Shown: positions 1 through 9,675 of the stretch, one piece after another
Position numbering within the stretch: position 1 is the first letter of the stretch
Layout of the letters: every line of letters begins with the position of its first letter
Source of the DNA: Sedimentisphaeraceae bacterium JB056
GTDB lineage: Bacteria > Planctomycetota > Phycisphaerae > Sedimentisphaerales > Sedimentisphaeraceae
Length of the DNA stretch: 64,000 bases
Assembly (NCBI GenBank): GCA_044440125.1
Contig: JBITAJ010000016.1
Location: 1-64,000, forward strand
Reading direction: 5' to 3'
Program-made: the position numbers and the translations under genes
The notes under the pieces: model-generated
The model's database searches: none
Seen by the model: only the letters and a program-made list of their open reading frames with translations
What the model was told of the DNA's origin: nothing

Positions 1-164
1 TTTGTAATTTTAAATGGAATTTCGTGTTGTGAATATGATTAGAAAAATTTGCTGCTATTTTACTGGAGCATATTTTGTAATTCCTGTTTGTTTGTCGATG
101 ACCAGTATATTGCTATTGTTTTTTATTTATTATGCACATGGTGTCTTAATTTTAAAGGGGAAAC

Positions 165-869
165 ATGAGCTTTATCAGTAATCCATGGTTTATCGGAGTC
201 GGCGGTGGCATCCTGAGTGGTTTTTTCGTAACGGTGGTTACACGCTATCTCTTCTCGCGTAGGGACAACCGCGAATATCTCCAACGGGTTGTCACGGCAA
301 ATCAAGAGGTTCTCTACGCTGTGCGGCCGGGCATTTCTGAAGGCGTCATTCCCAGTCAAGCAGTTTTAGAATCCTTGGTGAAGGCAACAGGCCAAAAGTA
401 TGCGGTTGACCATCGGGATCTAAACCAAGCGTCCGATCTTGCAGACGTGTTGACCAAAGAAGTTATGGACTCGAGTTTCCTGTCTGCATCCGCAAAAGCT
501 GAATTCTGTGAGAGGCTCAGCAATCTAGAACCTAAATCGGTAAAAACGTTGCCGGAGCAAGAACTGCCTTCGCAACCCAAGTCTGTCTCTGAGATCGCTG
601 AATACCGGAAGCGAATGGTCCATACGATGAGTGTAATGCTCGGGATTATGACTGCCATGATGACTGCTACAGTTGGTTTCCTCGGGCCATTCAAAGAGAT
701 ATTGACCACTGTAGAGCCCAAGAACATTCTCCTCTTAACACCAACTCTACTGTCAGTTGCTCTGGCTATGCTCACAATGTATTCTACACTCTTCTTGCGG
801 ATGTTTGAGCGTAAGCGTGAACGAATGCGGGATACGCAACAAACAGAGAAGAAAGAAGAGGGGTATTAA
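165..869 (+). CDS. Hypothetical membrane protein (1 N-terminal and 2 C-terminal hydrophobic segments)
   Basis: 234-aa ORF with a GGGGAA RBS-like site; hydrophobic stretches WFIGVGGGILSGFFVTVV, VMLGIMTAMMTATVGFL and LLSVALAMLTMY; visibly GC-richer than its flanks. Confidence 0.7.
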   Translation: MSFISNPWFIGVGGGILSGFFVTVVTRYLFSRRDNREYLQRVVTANQEVLYAVRPGISEGVIPSQAVLESLVKATGQKYAVDHRDLNQASDLADVLTKEVMDSSFLSASAKAEFCERLSNLEPKSVKTLPEQELPSQPKSVSEIAEYRKRMVHTMSVMLGIMTAMMTATVGFLGPFKEILTTVEPKNILLLTPTLLSVALAMLTMYSTLFLRMFERKRERMRDTQQTEKKEEGY

Positions 870-1184
870 GGGGTTAGATCTCTTTTTGAGGAAGAAGGTA
901 GTTAAGAGGGGAGGGAATTAAGGGGCAAGCTAAAGGGGGCAGGTCTCTTTTTTTTTGAGATTTGAGTTAAGGTGTTGATATTAAATACTTTATGTGTTGT
1001 GATTGATTTGCTTTTAACTTCCTGGCCTTAGTGATTTTCGTGGTAAAAAATCCCCGACCCCGTTTTTTCTGGGATTATGAGGATGCTTAGATTGGTCCTG
1101 CTTGTATTGCTAAAATATGTAAACTTACTATAAAGGTTTGGTTTGTTGTAAAACAATAATATACTTTTCAGAAAGGTATTTTAT

Positions 1185-1973
1185 ATGAGTTTTGAATCAA
1201 AAGATATTCCGAAATGCAAGAGAAAGAAGATTCTGTATTTATTCTATCTGTTATTTGTCGCGGCAGTAGTTTGTTGTATAATAGCAGTTATTATCGGGTG
1301 CATAGGTGTTTTTCGAGGCTACTCAGTTCAATCGTCAATATTTCTTTCCCTCCCACTTGTGTTACTGCTTGCTTGTTTTGGAATGAATCGTATCTTGGTA
1401 ACAAATCCAAATGGTGTCTTGAAAAGTATTAATAATAAATTTTTTTTACCATTTATAACTTGCTGTTTGCTTTTCAGCTGCTTTCCTGGTTGGAATTATC
1501 GCAAAGGATTTAAATTTTATCAAGAGGGGAATTACGCAGAAGCGACTATCGAATTTGAGAAGGAAACTCAGTATTGGTATCATAAAGTAACCCCTAATTT
1601 TAGCGAGCCTGCTTCGATGAATGAGCTTGCAAAGTCATATTGCCAATTGGAAGAATTTGACAAGGCTCGCAGCATATACGAACTGAGCTTAGACCGCTAT
1701 AGAGGGACTGTACATGGCGACTTGGCAGAGATAAGGCTTGCTGGTCTGGAATCAGGACTAAAAGCAATATCGGAATATTCAGATCAGAACCAAAAGGGAT
1801 ACGATGAATATGACAGGTTGTATATGGTTGCGTCTGAATATGCGTCGTTGCCTTGTCGCAATAAGGCTTTCGAAATATACAAAACAATCACTGAAATGAA
1901 TATACCTGACGAGCATAAACGAATAGCTTATGAAGAGATACAAAAAACGACACTGTCAAAGCCATCGCGTTGA
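1185..1973 (+). CDS. Membrane-anchored TPR-containing protein
   Basis: Three N-terminal hydrophobic segments, then TPR-like helices (FYQEGNYAEATIEFEK; ELAKSYCQLEEFDKARSIYE); AAAGG upstream of the ATG. Confidence 0.65.
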   Translation: MSFESKDIPKCKRKKILYLFYLLFVAAVVCCIIAVIIGCIGVFRGYSVQSSIFLSLPLVLLLACFGMNRILVTNPNGVLKSINNKFFLPFITCCLLFSCFPGWNYRKGFKFYQEGNYAEATIEFEKETQYWYHKVTPNFSEPASMNELAKSYCQLEEFDKARSIYELSLDRYRGTVHGDLAEIRLAGLESGLKAISEYSDQNQKGYDEYDRLYMVASEYASLPCRNKAFEIYKTITEMNIPDEHKRIAYEEIQKTTLSKPSR

Positions 1974-2006
1974 CTTGATTCATTAACCTCAAAAATAGGT
2001 ATCCGT

Positions 2007-3533
2007 GGGGCTGTTGAAAAAGCCCTGTTTTGCCCGCTGAACTGCATTTGTTTTTTGTTTTCGTTTTTGGTGCCATATTTCTATACAACTTGTCATGCAA
2101 GCTCAAATTTAACTATACTTAAAGCTCTAAGCAATATTTCGACCAAAAACATCAATATATCTTCCAATAAGCCGGTTCCAAAGCTTGCCAGACGTTTAAG
2201 ATTTATGACTGCGGCAGTGAAATATGCCTGTATCTTCATGTTTTCTATGCCTCTGCGCACTGCTCGTCTGAGGCCATGCATTTGCTTGGCTTCGCCGTGC
2301 ATACCTTCAATCTTAAAACGGTGTCTGCTGTAGGCTCGTATAAACTTGTCATCGGGGTTTTTGTGCCGCCTTCTGGCACGTAATAAAGATTCTTCATAAG
2401 GTGATATCTTAATGGTCTTAGCCTTAGCCGAAGAGCCAAAGCATTTTTTACGAAGCTTACATTGCCCGCAGTCTTTTTGGCATGCCCGATAAATCGTACC
2501 ATCTTTACCTGGATTACCAGGCTTTAGAATCTTACCGGCAGGACATTTTACAATATTATTTTTAGAATCATATTTGAATTTGCTTTTAGGTATACAATCT
2601 GACTTATAGCTTTGTCTCTGAGTAGGAATAACCGCATCAATATTCCTCTCTTCAAGGTATTGGAAATTACTGCCGTGGGCATAGCCTGCATCTGCCGTTA
2701 CCGTTTCTATCTTTTTACCAGTATTGGATTCAATACGTTCTACCTGCTCTGGAAGTTGGCTTCCTTCATTATCTTCACCTGTTGAAATATCAACATCGAC
2801 AATGACCCCGCATTTGTCATCAACGGCGCCATGCTGTTTAAAAGAGGGTTCTAAACGGCACGATTGCTTTGAGGTAGCCATTGTCGCATCAAAGTCTGTA
2901 GTGCTGCGTTTTTTAGGCTTCTTATTTACGGCATCCTGATTTTCCGCAATGACCTTGTCCGCGTATTCGGTTGTGAGACTTTCCCAACTCACATCGGCAC
3001 GTATCAATGTTGCATCAACATGGACGGTATCACCATTGACAAGCCCCGCATCAATACAGCTTTGGATGGTCTTCAAGAATATTTTTTTGAACTTTTCGCT
3101 TCCCCATCGCTGTCTTATCTTAGTCAAGCTGCTGTGGTGAGGCAATGTTTCATCAAGCCGGTATCCGGCGAACCAACGCATTGCAATATTTACCTGAGCC
3201 TGACGCATCAGCTTGCGGTCATGAACAATACCCTCAAAAAAGCCTGCCAGCATCAGTCGAACTACAGCTTCGGGGTCAATGCCGGGTCTGCCGTTATCAC
3301 TGCAATAAACATCCTTGAGTTCTTCACGAAGCCACGATAAATCAAGGAATTTATCAACCTTTTTCAGGATATGATCATCCGGTATTAACGAAGAAAAAGG
3401 GGCGTATATAAACAAGTCTTCCTGATTGCGATTTTGTCGACCAAGCATTCTAATACATCCAAAATAATAAACTTGAAAGGGCTACAAATAATGCTTATAT
3501 TATACCAAAAATGAGGGCTTTTTCAACAGCCCC
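2007..3533 (-). mobile_element. IS1182-family insertion sequence, apparently intact (1527 bp)
   Basis: Perfect 20-bp terminal inverted repeats GGGGCTGTTGAAAAAGCCCT (2007-2026) and AGGGCTTTTTCAACAGCCCC (3514-3533); 5-bp direct repeat TCCGT at 2002-2006 and 3534-3538; single transposase ORF inside. Confidence 0.93.
2093..3448 (-). CDS. IS1182-family DDE transposase
   Basis: DUF772-like N-terminus (GRPGIDP...PHHSSL); DDE residues in VDAT, ADAGY and KIEGMHGEAK; Cys-rich insert (CPAG...CGQC...C). Confidence 0.9.
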   Translation of the reverse strand: MLGRQNRNQEDLFIYAPFSSLIPDDHILKKVDKFLDLSWLREELKDVYCSDNGRPGIDPEAVVRLMLAGFFEGIVHDRKLMRQAQVNIAMRWFAGYRLDETLPHHSSLTKIRQRWGSEKFKKIFLKTIQSCIDAGLVNGDTVHVDATLIRADVSWESLTTEYADKVIAENQDAVNKKPKKRSTTDFDATMATSKQSCRLEPSFKQHGAVDDKCGVIVDVDISTGEDNEGSQLPEQVERIESNTGKKIETVTADAGYAHGSNFQYLEERNIDAVIPTQRQSYKSDCIPKSKFKYDSKNNIVKCPAGKILKPGNPGKDGTIYRACQKDCGQCKLRKKCFGSSAKAKTIKISPYEESLLRARRRHKNPDDKFIRAYSRHRFKIEGMHGEAKQMHGLRRAVRRGIENMKIQAYFTAAVINLKRLASFGTGLLEDILMFLVEILLRALSIVKFELA

Positions 3534-3667
3534 TCCGTTGGGATTGTTGGCGGCAGTAAGGAGTTGCCGGGTATCGAGGAGATGAATCAATTGATAATTG
3601 AGAATGGGGTTTTATGAATCTGGCTGGTACAAATTTGTATTCGCGGATTAAAAAGTATACATTAGTG

Positions 3668-3695
3668 TTGCAAAAAAAGGAAAAACCAGTATAAA
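3668..3695 (+). promoter_or_regulatory. Candidate sigma70-type promoter of gdhA
   Basis: TTGCAA-16 bp-TATAAA about 75 bp upstream of the ATG. Confidence 0.45.
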
Positions 3696-3769
3696 AAAGG
3701 CAGTTATTTCGGTCTATGGGGTTTTAGTCCGAAAATTAATGTTAACAGACAATTTGTAGAGGTACAGAC

Positions 3770-5125
3770 ATGTCAAATTCAGCGTTAGATTACATTAACG
3801 GTGTCTTCGAGACCGTTATAAAGCGCAACAACGGGGAGGCGGAATTCCTCCAGGCGGTGAGTGAGGTATTCACTTCGCTTACACCGGTAATCGAGAGAAA
3901 TCCTAAATATCGCAGCGCAAAGATCCTTGAAAGGGTCGTTGAGCCTGAGCGCGTCATAACATTCCGTGTTCCATGGATTGATGACAAGGGTGAGGTTCAG
4001 GTCAACAGAGGTTTCAGAATCGAGATGAACAGTGCGATCGGCCCCTATAAGGGCGGTCTTCGTTTTCATCCCTCAGTGAATCTGAGTATCCTTAAATTCC
4101 TTGCCTTTGAGCAGATATTCAAAAATTCGCTTACAACCTTGCCTCTTGGCGGCGGTAAGGGTGGTTCTGACTTCGATCCCAAGGGTAAGTCGGATGATGA
4201 AGTAATGCGTTTCTGTCAGTCGTTCATGACTGAATTATGCAAGTATATCGGCCCAAATACAGACGTTCCCGCGGGAGATATTGGCGTAGGCGGCCGTGAG
4301 ATCGGCTATATGTTCGGTCAGTACAAGAGGATTCGCAACGAGTTCACTGGTGTTCTCACAGGCAAGGGTCTGAACTGGGGCGGCTCGCTTATTCGTCCTG
4401 AGGCTACCGGCTACGGTTCTGTCTATTTTGGGCAGAATATGCTTGCTACACGTAAGGAAGGCTATGAAGGTAAGGTATGTGTCGTTTCCGGTTCGGGTAA
4501 TGTTGCTCAGTATACCGTTGAGAAGGTTAATCAGCTTGGTGGAAAATGCGTTACATTGTCAGATTCAAGCGGATTCATCTATGATCCCGAAGGTATAAAT
4601 CCAGAGAAGCTTTCACTTGTAATGGAAATCAAGAACCTCAAGCGTGCCCGAATCAAAGAGTATGCTGATGCAGTGAAATCCGCTGAATATTTCGAGGGCA
4701 AGACTCCTTGGGGTATAAAGTGTGATTGCGCGTTCCCAAGTGCAACTCAGAATGAAATATCCAAGGAAGACGCCAAGGAGCTGGTCAAGAACGGCTGCAA
4801 GATGGTGTCTGAAGGCGCCAATATGCCTACGACAGCGGAAGGTGTCGACATCTTCATTGACGGCGATGTTCTGTTTGGTCCGGGCAAGGCGGCCAATGCC
4901 GGCGGTGTTGCCGTTTCTGGTCTTGAGATGAGTCAGAACGCTCAGCACTCGCACTGGACACGTGAGGAAGTTGATGAGCGTCTTAAGAGAATCATGAAGG
5001 ATATCCACACGCAATCAAGCGAAGCGGCAAAAGAGTACAATATGGAAGGTAACTATGTTGCCGGCGCCAATATTGCCGGTTTTGTCAAGGTTGCCGATTC
5101 AATGCTTGACCAAGGTCTTGTATAA
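3770..5125 (+). CDS. gdhA: NADP-specific glutamate dehydrogenase
   Basis: GPYKGGLRFHPSV, GGGKGGSDFDPKGKS, DVPAGDIGVG, RPEATGYG, GSGNVAQ and EGANMP motifs; GAGG RBS. Confidence 0.97.
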   Translation: MSNSALDYINGVFETVIKRNNGEAEFLQAVSEVFTSLTPVIERNPKYRSAKILERVVEPERVITFRVPWIDDKGEVQVNRGFRIEMNSAIGPYKGGLRFHPSVNLSILKFLAFEQIFKNSLTTLPLGGGKGGSDFDPKGKSDDEVMRFCQSFMTELCKYIGPNTDVPAGDIGVGGREIGYMFGQYKRIRNEFTGVLTGKGLNWGGSLIRPEATGYGSVYFGQNMLATRKEGYEGKVCVVSGSGNVAQYTVEKVNQLGGKCVTLSDSSGFIYDPEGINPEKLSLVMEIKNLKRARIKEYADAVKSAEYFEGKTPWGIKCDCAFPSATQNEISKEDAKELVKNGCKMVSEGANMPTTAEGVDIFIDGDVLFGPGKAANAGGVAVSGLEMSQNAQHSHWTREEVDERLKRIMKDIHTQSSEAAKEYNMEGNYVAGANIAGFVKVADSMLDQGLV

Positions 5126-5150
5126 ATATCTTTCGAGCACTAAGCACACT

Positions 5151-5186
5151 AAAAAGGGATATGCCTGGCGGCATGTCCCTTTTTTT
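5151..5186 (+). terminator. Intrinsic terminator after gdhA
   Basis: AAAAAGGGATATGCC-TGGC-GGCATGTCCCTTTTTTT hairpin with U-tract. Confidence 0.85.
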
Positions 5187-5429
5187 CTTTTGTTCTGAGA
5201 TATTATCGTGATCGTTCTTGAGTCAAATCACGATATTTATACTTGCAAAGGCGGGGGGGCTGTGATAAACTTTGCGTTTTAGTAACTACTTTGCCAGGCT
5301 ATGTTTGCCTCTATTCATTTTTGGGGTATAATAAGGCTTTTTCCGGCATTGCAATTATCGAAGCATGTTATCAACGATTATTTATGTGATTTTATTGCTT
5401 CACTTGATTTCACAATATAAAATGGAATA

Positions 5430-6743
5430 GTGATGGGAACAATTTACTGGAATAAGGATATTGAGACCGCAAACAGATCTGATATCGAGAAAATACAGCT
5501 TGAACGGCTTAAAAATATAGTCAGCTACGCGTTAAAGACTGATTTCTATAAGAAACGCCTTCCAAAGGCCGGTATAAACAGCGCGGATGATATCAGGAGC
5601 ATTGAAGATATACGGAAAATCCCTTTTGCGACCAAGGATGACCTGAGGCAAAACTATCCGAAAGGTTTTCTTGCAGTTGATTACGATGATGTTGTGCGCA
5701 TGCACTCTTCCAGCGGTACAACGGGTATACCGACAGTGATATATCTTACTGCCAGTGATATGGAAGCCTGGACAGATCTTGTAGCACGAAGCATTACCGC
5801 CACCGGTTGCACCAAAAAGGATGTTTTTCAAAACATGATGACTTACGGCCTTTTCACAGGCGGTTTGGGGCTTCATTATGGCGGTGAACGAGTGGGGATG
5901 ATGGTTCTGCCCGTTGGTGGTGGCAATACGATACGTCAGGTAACCCTGATGCGTGATTTCAAGACCACTACGCTGCACATAACTCCGAGTTATCTGCTGC
6001 ATATACATACGAAGCTTCCTGAAATCGGCATTTCCCGCGATGAGCTTGCCGTAAAACGAGCTATAATAGGCGCAGAGCCTCATAGCGAAGAGACCCGCCG
6101 CAAGCTTGAAGACCTGTTTGATATCGAATGCTATAATTCATATGGGCTTAGTGAAATGAACGGTCCAGGAGTGGCGTTTGAATGTCAAAACAGGGACGGA
6201 ATGCACATATGGGAAGATGGTTTCATCGCTGAGATAATCGACCCTGAGACGGGCGAGGTTTTACCTGACGGCCAGCAGGGCGAGCTTGTGCTTACCAATC
6301 TGACAAGGACAGCCATGCCGCTGATGAGATACCGCACAAGAGATCTTACCGAGATAATCGAAGGTCAGTGCAGTTGCGGCAGAACTCACAGGCGTCTGGC
6401 TCGTATTAAAGGTAGGACCGATGATATGATGATAATCAACGGCGTGAATGTGTTCCCTTCTCAGATAGAAGAAGTGATTATGAAGATACCTGAGGTTGGG
6501 ACGAATTATCAGATATATCTGTCGAAAAAGGCAGCTATTGATAAGCTGACTGTAAAAGTTGAGATATATTCTAAAATGTTCAAGGGTGATGTTTCACAGC
6601 TTGAGTCATTGAAAAGGCATATTGCCGAAGAGTTGCGAGCATCTATATTCATACACCCTACAGTGCAGCTTCATGAGCCGGGCGTTCTGCCTACTTTTGA
6701 AGGCAAGGCGAAGAGGGTGGTAGACGATCGCGATGTTTATTGA
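5430..6743 (+). CDS. paaK: Phenylacetate-CoA ligase family AMP-dependent ligase
   Basis: HSSSGTTG P-loop, YGLFTGGLG, YGLSEMNGPGV, RYRTRD, GRTDDM and EGKAKRVVD motifs. Confidence 0.9.
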   Translation: MMGTIYWNKDIETANRSDIEKIQLERLKNIVSYALKTDFYKKRLPKAGINSADDIRSIEDIRKIPFATKDDLRQNYPKGFLAVDYDDVVRMHSSSGTTGIPTVIYLTASDMEAWTDLVARSITATGCTKKDVFQNMMTYGLFTGGLGLHYGGERVGMMVLPVGGGNTIRQVTLMRDFKTTTLHITPSYLLHIHTKLPEIGISRDELAVKRAIIGAEPHSEETRRKLEDLFDIECYNSYGLSEMNGPGVAFECQNRDGMHIWEDGFIAEIIDPETGEVLPDGQQGELVLTNLTRTAMPLMRYRTRDLTEIIEGQCSCGRTHRRLARIKGRTDDMMIINGVNVFPSQIEEVIMKIPEVGTNYQIYLSKKAAIDKLTVKVEIYSKMFKGDVSQLESLKRHIAEELRASIFIHPTVQLHEPGVLPTFEGKAKRVVDDRDVY

Positions 6744-6768
6744 TGTATAAAAGAAAAGGAGCTGAATC

Positions 6769-7203
6769 ATGATAAAACAGCTTAGCATATTTATTGAAAA
6801 CAGGCCCGGAAGGCTTAGCAGCGTAACTCAGATACTTGATGAGCGTCAAATTAATATTCGCGCATTCACTATTCAGGATCGAGGTGATTACGGTTTGATG
6901 AAGCTTATTGTGGATAAGCCTGAAAATGCCCGTCTTGCCCTTTCCGATCGTGGTTATGCTTGTGCCATAAAGGATGTTCTGGCGGTGGCAGTGACTGATA
7001 AGCCAGGAAATCTTAACAAGCTTACGACCATAATGCATGATAATGATGTCAATATAGCGGATGTGTTCGGGTTTGTAATAAAGCCGGAGAATACAGGTGT
7101 CTGCTGTATGGAGATACACGACAAGATAAGTGATGAAGCAATGGCTGAAATGGAAGCCGAGGGCTTCAAGCTTCTTGATGATTCTGATATGAGTGAGCTT
7201 TGA
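6769..7203 (+). CDS. Tandem ACT-domain protein (usual paaK partner)
   Basis: QLSIFIENRPGRL...INIRA and DKPGNL ACT signatures; AAGGAG RBS. Confidence 0.88.
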   Translation: MIKQLSIFIENRPGRLSSVTQILDERQINIRAFTIQDRGDYGLMKLIVDKPENARLALSDRGYACAIKDVLAVAVTDKPGNLNKLTTIMHDNDVNIADVFGFVIKPENTGVCCMEIHDKISDEAMAEMEAEGFKLLDDSDMSEL

Positions 7204-7307
7204 TAAAGTTTGACGTTTATAGACGTCTTGTTAATATGTAATATATGTGCGATTTGCACTTTTTTGATACTTCGCCGGTTTGGGCATAGTTAATAGTAAG
7301 GAAGATA

Positions 7308-8555
7308 ATGGAATTTAGTGAAATACCTGAAGTGCTTGAGGATCTCAGGCAGGGTAAGATGATTGTTCTCGTTGATGATGAAGACAGGGAAAATGAGGGC
7401 GATCTTGTATGTGCGGCAGAGTTTGCCACACCGGAAATCGTTAATTTCATGGCGACTCACGGCCGTGGTATGATATGTGTACCGATCACAGGCGATCGCT
7501 GCGAGCAGTTGGCTCTGCATCCACAGACTATGGTGAATACTGCATCGTTGGGCACTGCGTTTACTGTTACAGTCGATGCAAGAGACGGGATAACCACCGG
7601 TATAAGTGCTGCGGACAGGTCTAAGACGATACAAATACTCGCAGATGAAAAAAGCAAGCCTTACAATTTGGTTCGGCCCGGGCATATATTCCCGCTTCGT
7701 GCCAGAGAGGGCGGGGTTCTGACTCGCTGCGGTCAGACCGAAGGTTCTGTTGATCTTATGAAGCTTGCCGGGCTTAAACCTGCGGGCGTTATATGTGAGA
7801 TAATGGCTGATGACGGTACTATGATGAGAGTGCCTGAGCTTATGAAATATTGCGAGAAATTCGATCTGAAAATGACCAGTGTTGAGAAGATAATCCAGCA
7901 CAGGCTTAAGACAGAGACTCAGGTTCGCAGGATTCAGTCTGTGAGGATGCCTACGGATTTCGGTGAATTTACTCTGATTGGCTATGAAAGCCCCGGTTCC
8001 ACTGAGCCGCACCTGGCTCTTTGCAAAGGCGATATAGGCAAGCATGATAAGGACGGGAATCCGATTATGCATGATGAGCCTATACTGATACGTGTTCATT
8101 CGGAATGTCTTACAGGCGACCTTTTCCATTCGCAAAGATGTGAATGCGGCGGTCAGCTTGAAGAGTCGATGAGGATGATTGAGAAGGCCGGCAAGGGCGC
8201 GTTGATTTATCTGCGTCAGGAAGGCAGGGGCATTGGGCTTGCGAACAAGCTGCGTGCCTACAAGCTCCAGGAGCAGGGATACGATACTTTGGATGCCAAT
8301 CTTCAGCTTGGATTCGCGGCGGATAAACGCGATTACGGTATTGGTGCGCAGATATGTCGCGACCTTGGAATCAGCAAGGTTAAAATACTTACAAATAATC
8401 CTAAAAAAGTAGACAGTCTCAAGATATATAATATTGAAGTTGTTGAGCAGCTTCCGATAGAGGTTGAGCCGTGTAAGCATAATGCGAAGTATCTGGAAAC
8501 TAAGAAACATCGTTTTGGTCATTTGCTGAAAGCTGATTTTAAAAATCTATCATGA
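7308..8555 (+). CDS. ribBA: Bifunctional DHBP synthase / GTP cyclohydrolase II
   Basis: DDEDRENEGDL, RPGHIFPL, RVHSECLTGD, RCECG, RQEGRGIGL and LTNNP motifs. Confidence 0.97.
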   Translation: MEFSEIPEVLEDLRQGKMIVLVDDEDRENEGDLVCAAEFATPEIVNFMATHGRGMICVPITGDRCEQLALHPQTMVNTASLGTAFTVTVDARDGITTGISAADRSKTIQILADEKSKPYNLVRPGHIFPLRAREGGVLTRCGQTEGSVDLMKLAGLKPAGVICEIMADDGTMMRVPELMKYCEKFDLKMTSVEKIIQHRLKTETQVRRIQSVRMPTDFGEFTLIGYESPGSTEPHLALCKGDIGKHDKDGNPIMHDEPILIRVHSECLTGDLFHSQRCECGGQLEESMRMIEKAGKGALIYLRQEGRGIGLANKLRAYKLQEQGYDTLDANLQLGFAADKRDYGIGAQICRDLGISKVKILTNNPKKVDSLKIYNIEVVEQLPIEVEPCKHNAKYLETKKHRFGHLLKADFKNLS

Positions 8556-9043
8556 AATATTTCGTTTTAATATTTCTTTCATGCAGCATAATGCTGCAAG
8601 GGTGTGGGGAGGTAACACACTTTGAAGAGCACGAATGCGAAGGCTTCGCTGCAGCGGAGGTTTCTGTAAACCGGCTCACAGAGATTACTTATATCGATGA
8701 CTATAATGAATATGCCAAGATAGATGCCTTTGTTTCGTTGTCCGATAAATTTGGCGTTAAACTGAAGTCGCCCGGAATTTTGCGATTTGAGCTGTATGAG
8801 TTCAAATCGCTTTCTGCCAATGAAGTCGGCAGGATGATATACAGTTGGCCGGTTATAGACATAACCGATTCGGCTGTAAACAATGAGTATTGGCGTGATT
8901 CTCTGAGATGCTATATGTTTGAGCTTGAGCTTCAGGCAAAGCTCGCTGAGACGGAAAAATATGTGCTCTCGGTGACATTTTCAAATCCCAAACAGCAACT
9001 CCGTTTTTCTGATAAACGTGAAATTCAATATTACGACAAGTGA
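8552..9043 (+). CDS. Hypothetical lipoprotein
   Basis: Signal peptide ending in a LQGC lipobox; start overlaps the ribBA stop (ATGA). Confidence 0.7.
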   Translation: MKYFVLIFLSCSIMLQGCGEVTHFEEHECEGFAAAEVSVNRLTEITYIDDYNEYAKIDAFVSLSDKFGVKLKSPGILRFELYEFKSLSANEVGRMIYSWPVIDITDSAVNNEYWRDSLRCYMFELELQAKLAETEKYVLSVTFSNPKQQLRFSDKREIQYYDK

Positions 9044-9642
9044 AAATAGACGATAAAAACAATGATTTTTTTTTAGTGCAAAGGTATCGCAATGGTGATA
9101 CTGAAGCAATATCTATTCTCATAAGTCGTTACCAAAACCGCCTTTATAATACGATTCTGAAAATGTGCCACAATCATGAGGATGCGTTGGAACTAACTCA
9201 GGATTCGTTTGTCAAAGTTATTGAAAGTATTGATAAATTCGAAGGCAAAAGCAGTTTTTATACTTATCTCTTTCGTGTGGGTGTGAATCTGACGATAAAT
9301 TTCTGTAATCGTCGGAAAAAGATAGGCTTCACTACAATCGATGGCGATAAGAATGATACGGGCGGTAAGGTTTTACTGAAAGATTATCTTGTTGACGGTT
9401 CGATTGATGACCCTGCCGACATTGTTGCCAATCAAGAAGCAGTTGAGATATTGAGAGAGTGTATATCTGAGCTTGAAGATAAGTATCGCACTATTTTGGT
9501 GCTTCGTGATATCGAGCAAATGAGCTATGAGCAGATTGCAGAAGTGCTTACTCTTGAGATAGGTACGGTCAAGAGTCGTCTTTTCAGGGCAAGAGCCATG
9601 CTGAAGGATAAATTAACTGCCGTTTTCGGTGAGCAGGATTGA
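9040..9642 (+). CDS. ECF-family RNA polymerase sigma factor
   Basis: Region 2 (DALELTQDSF...FEGKSSFYTYLFRV) and region 4 (MSYEQIAEVL...GTVKSRLFRAR). Confidence 0.93.
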   Translation: MKIDDKNNDFFLVQRYRNGDTEAISILISRYQNRLYNTILKMCHNHEDALELTQDSFVKVIESIDKFEGKSSFYTYLFRVGVNLTINFCNRRKKIGFTTIDGDKNDTGGKVLLKDYLVDGSIDDPADIVANQEAVEILRECISELEDKYRTILVLRDIEQMSYEQIAEVLTLEIGTVKSRLFRARAMLKDKLTAVFGEQD

Positions 9643-9675
9643 TACTTTTGTTTGTTTTTTAACAAAGGTGGAACG

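Noticed and set aside
872..878. GTTAGAT matching the integron GTTRRRY core just after an orphan gene
   Set aside because: No matching RYYYAAC inverse core, attC-like palindrome or integrase seen
5253..5259. G7 tract in the paaK promoter spacer as a phase-variation switch
   Set aside because: The tract is short and the target is a metabolic gene; read-level length variation would be needed
7290..8522. 410-aa minus-strand ORF
   Set aside because: Antisense shadow of ribBA with no recognisable motifs
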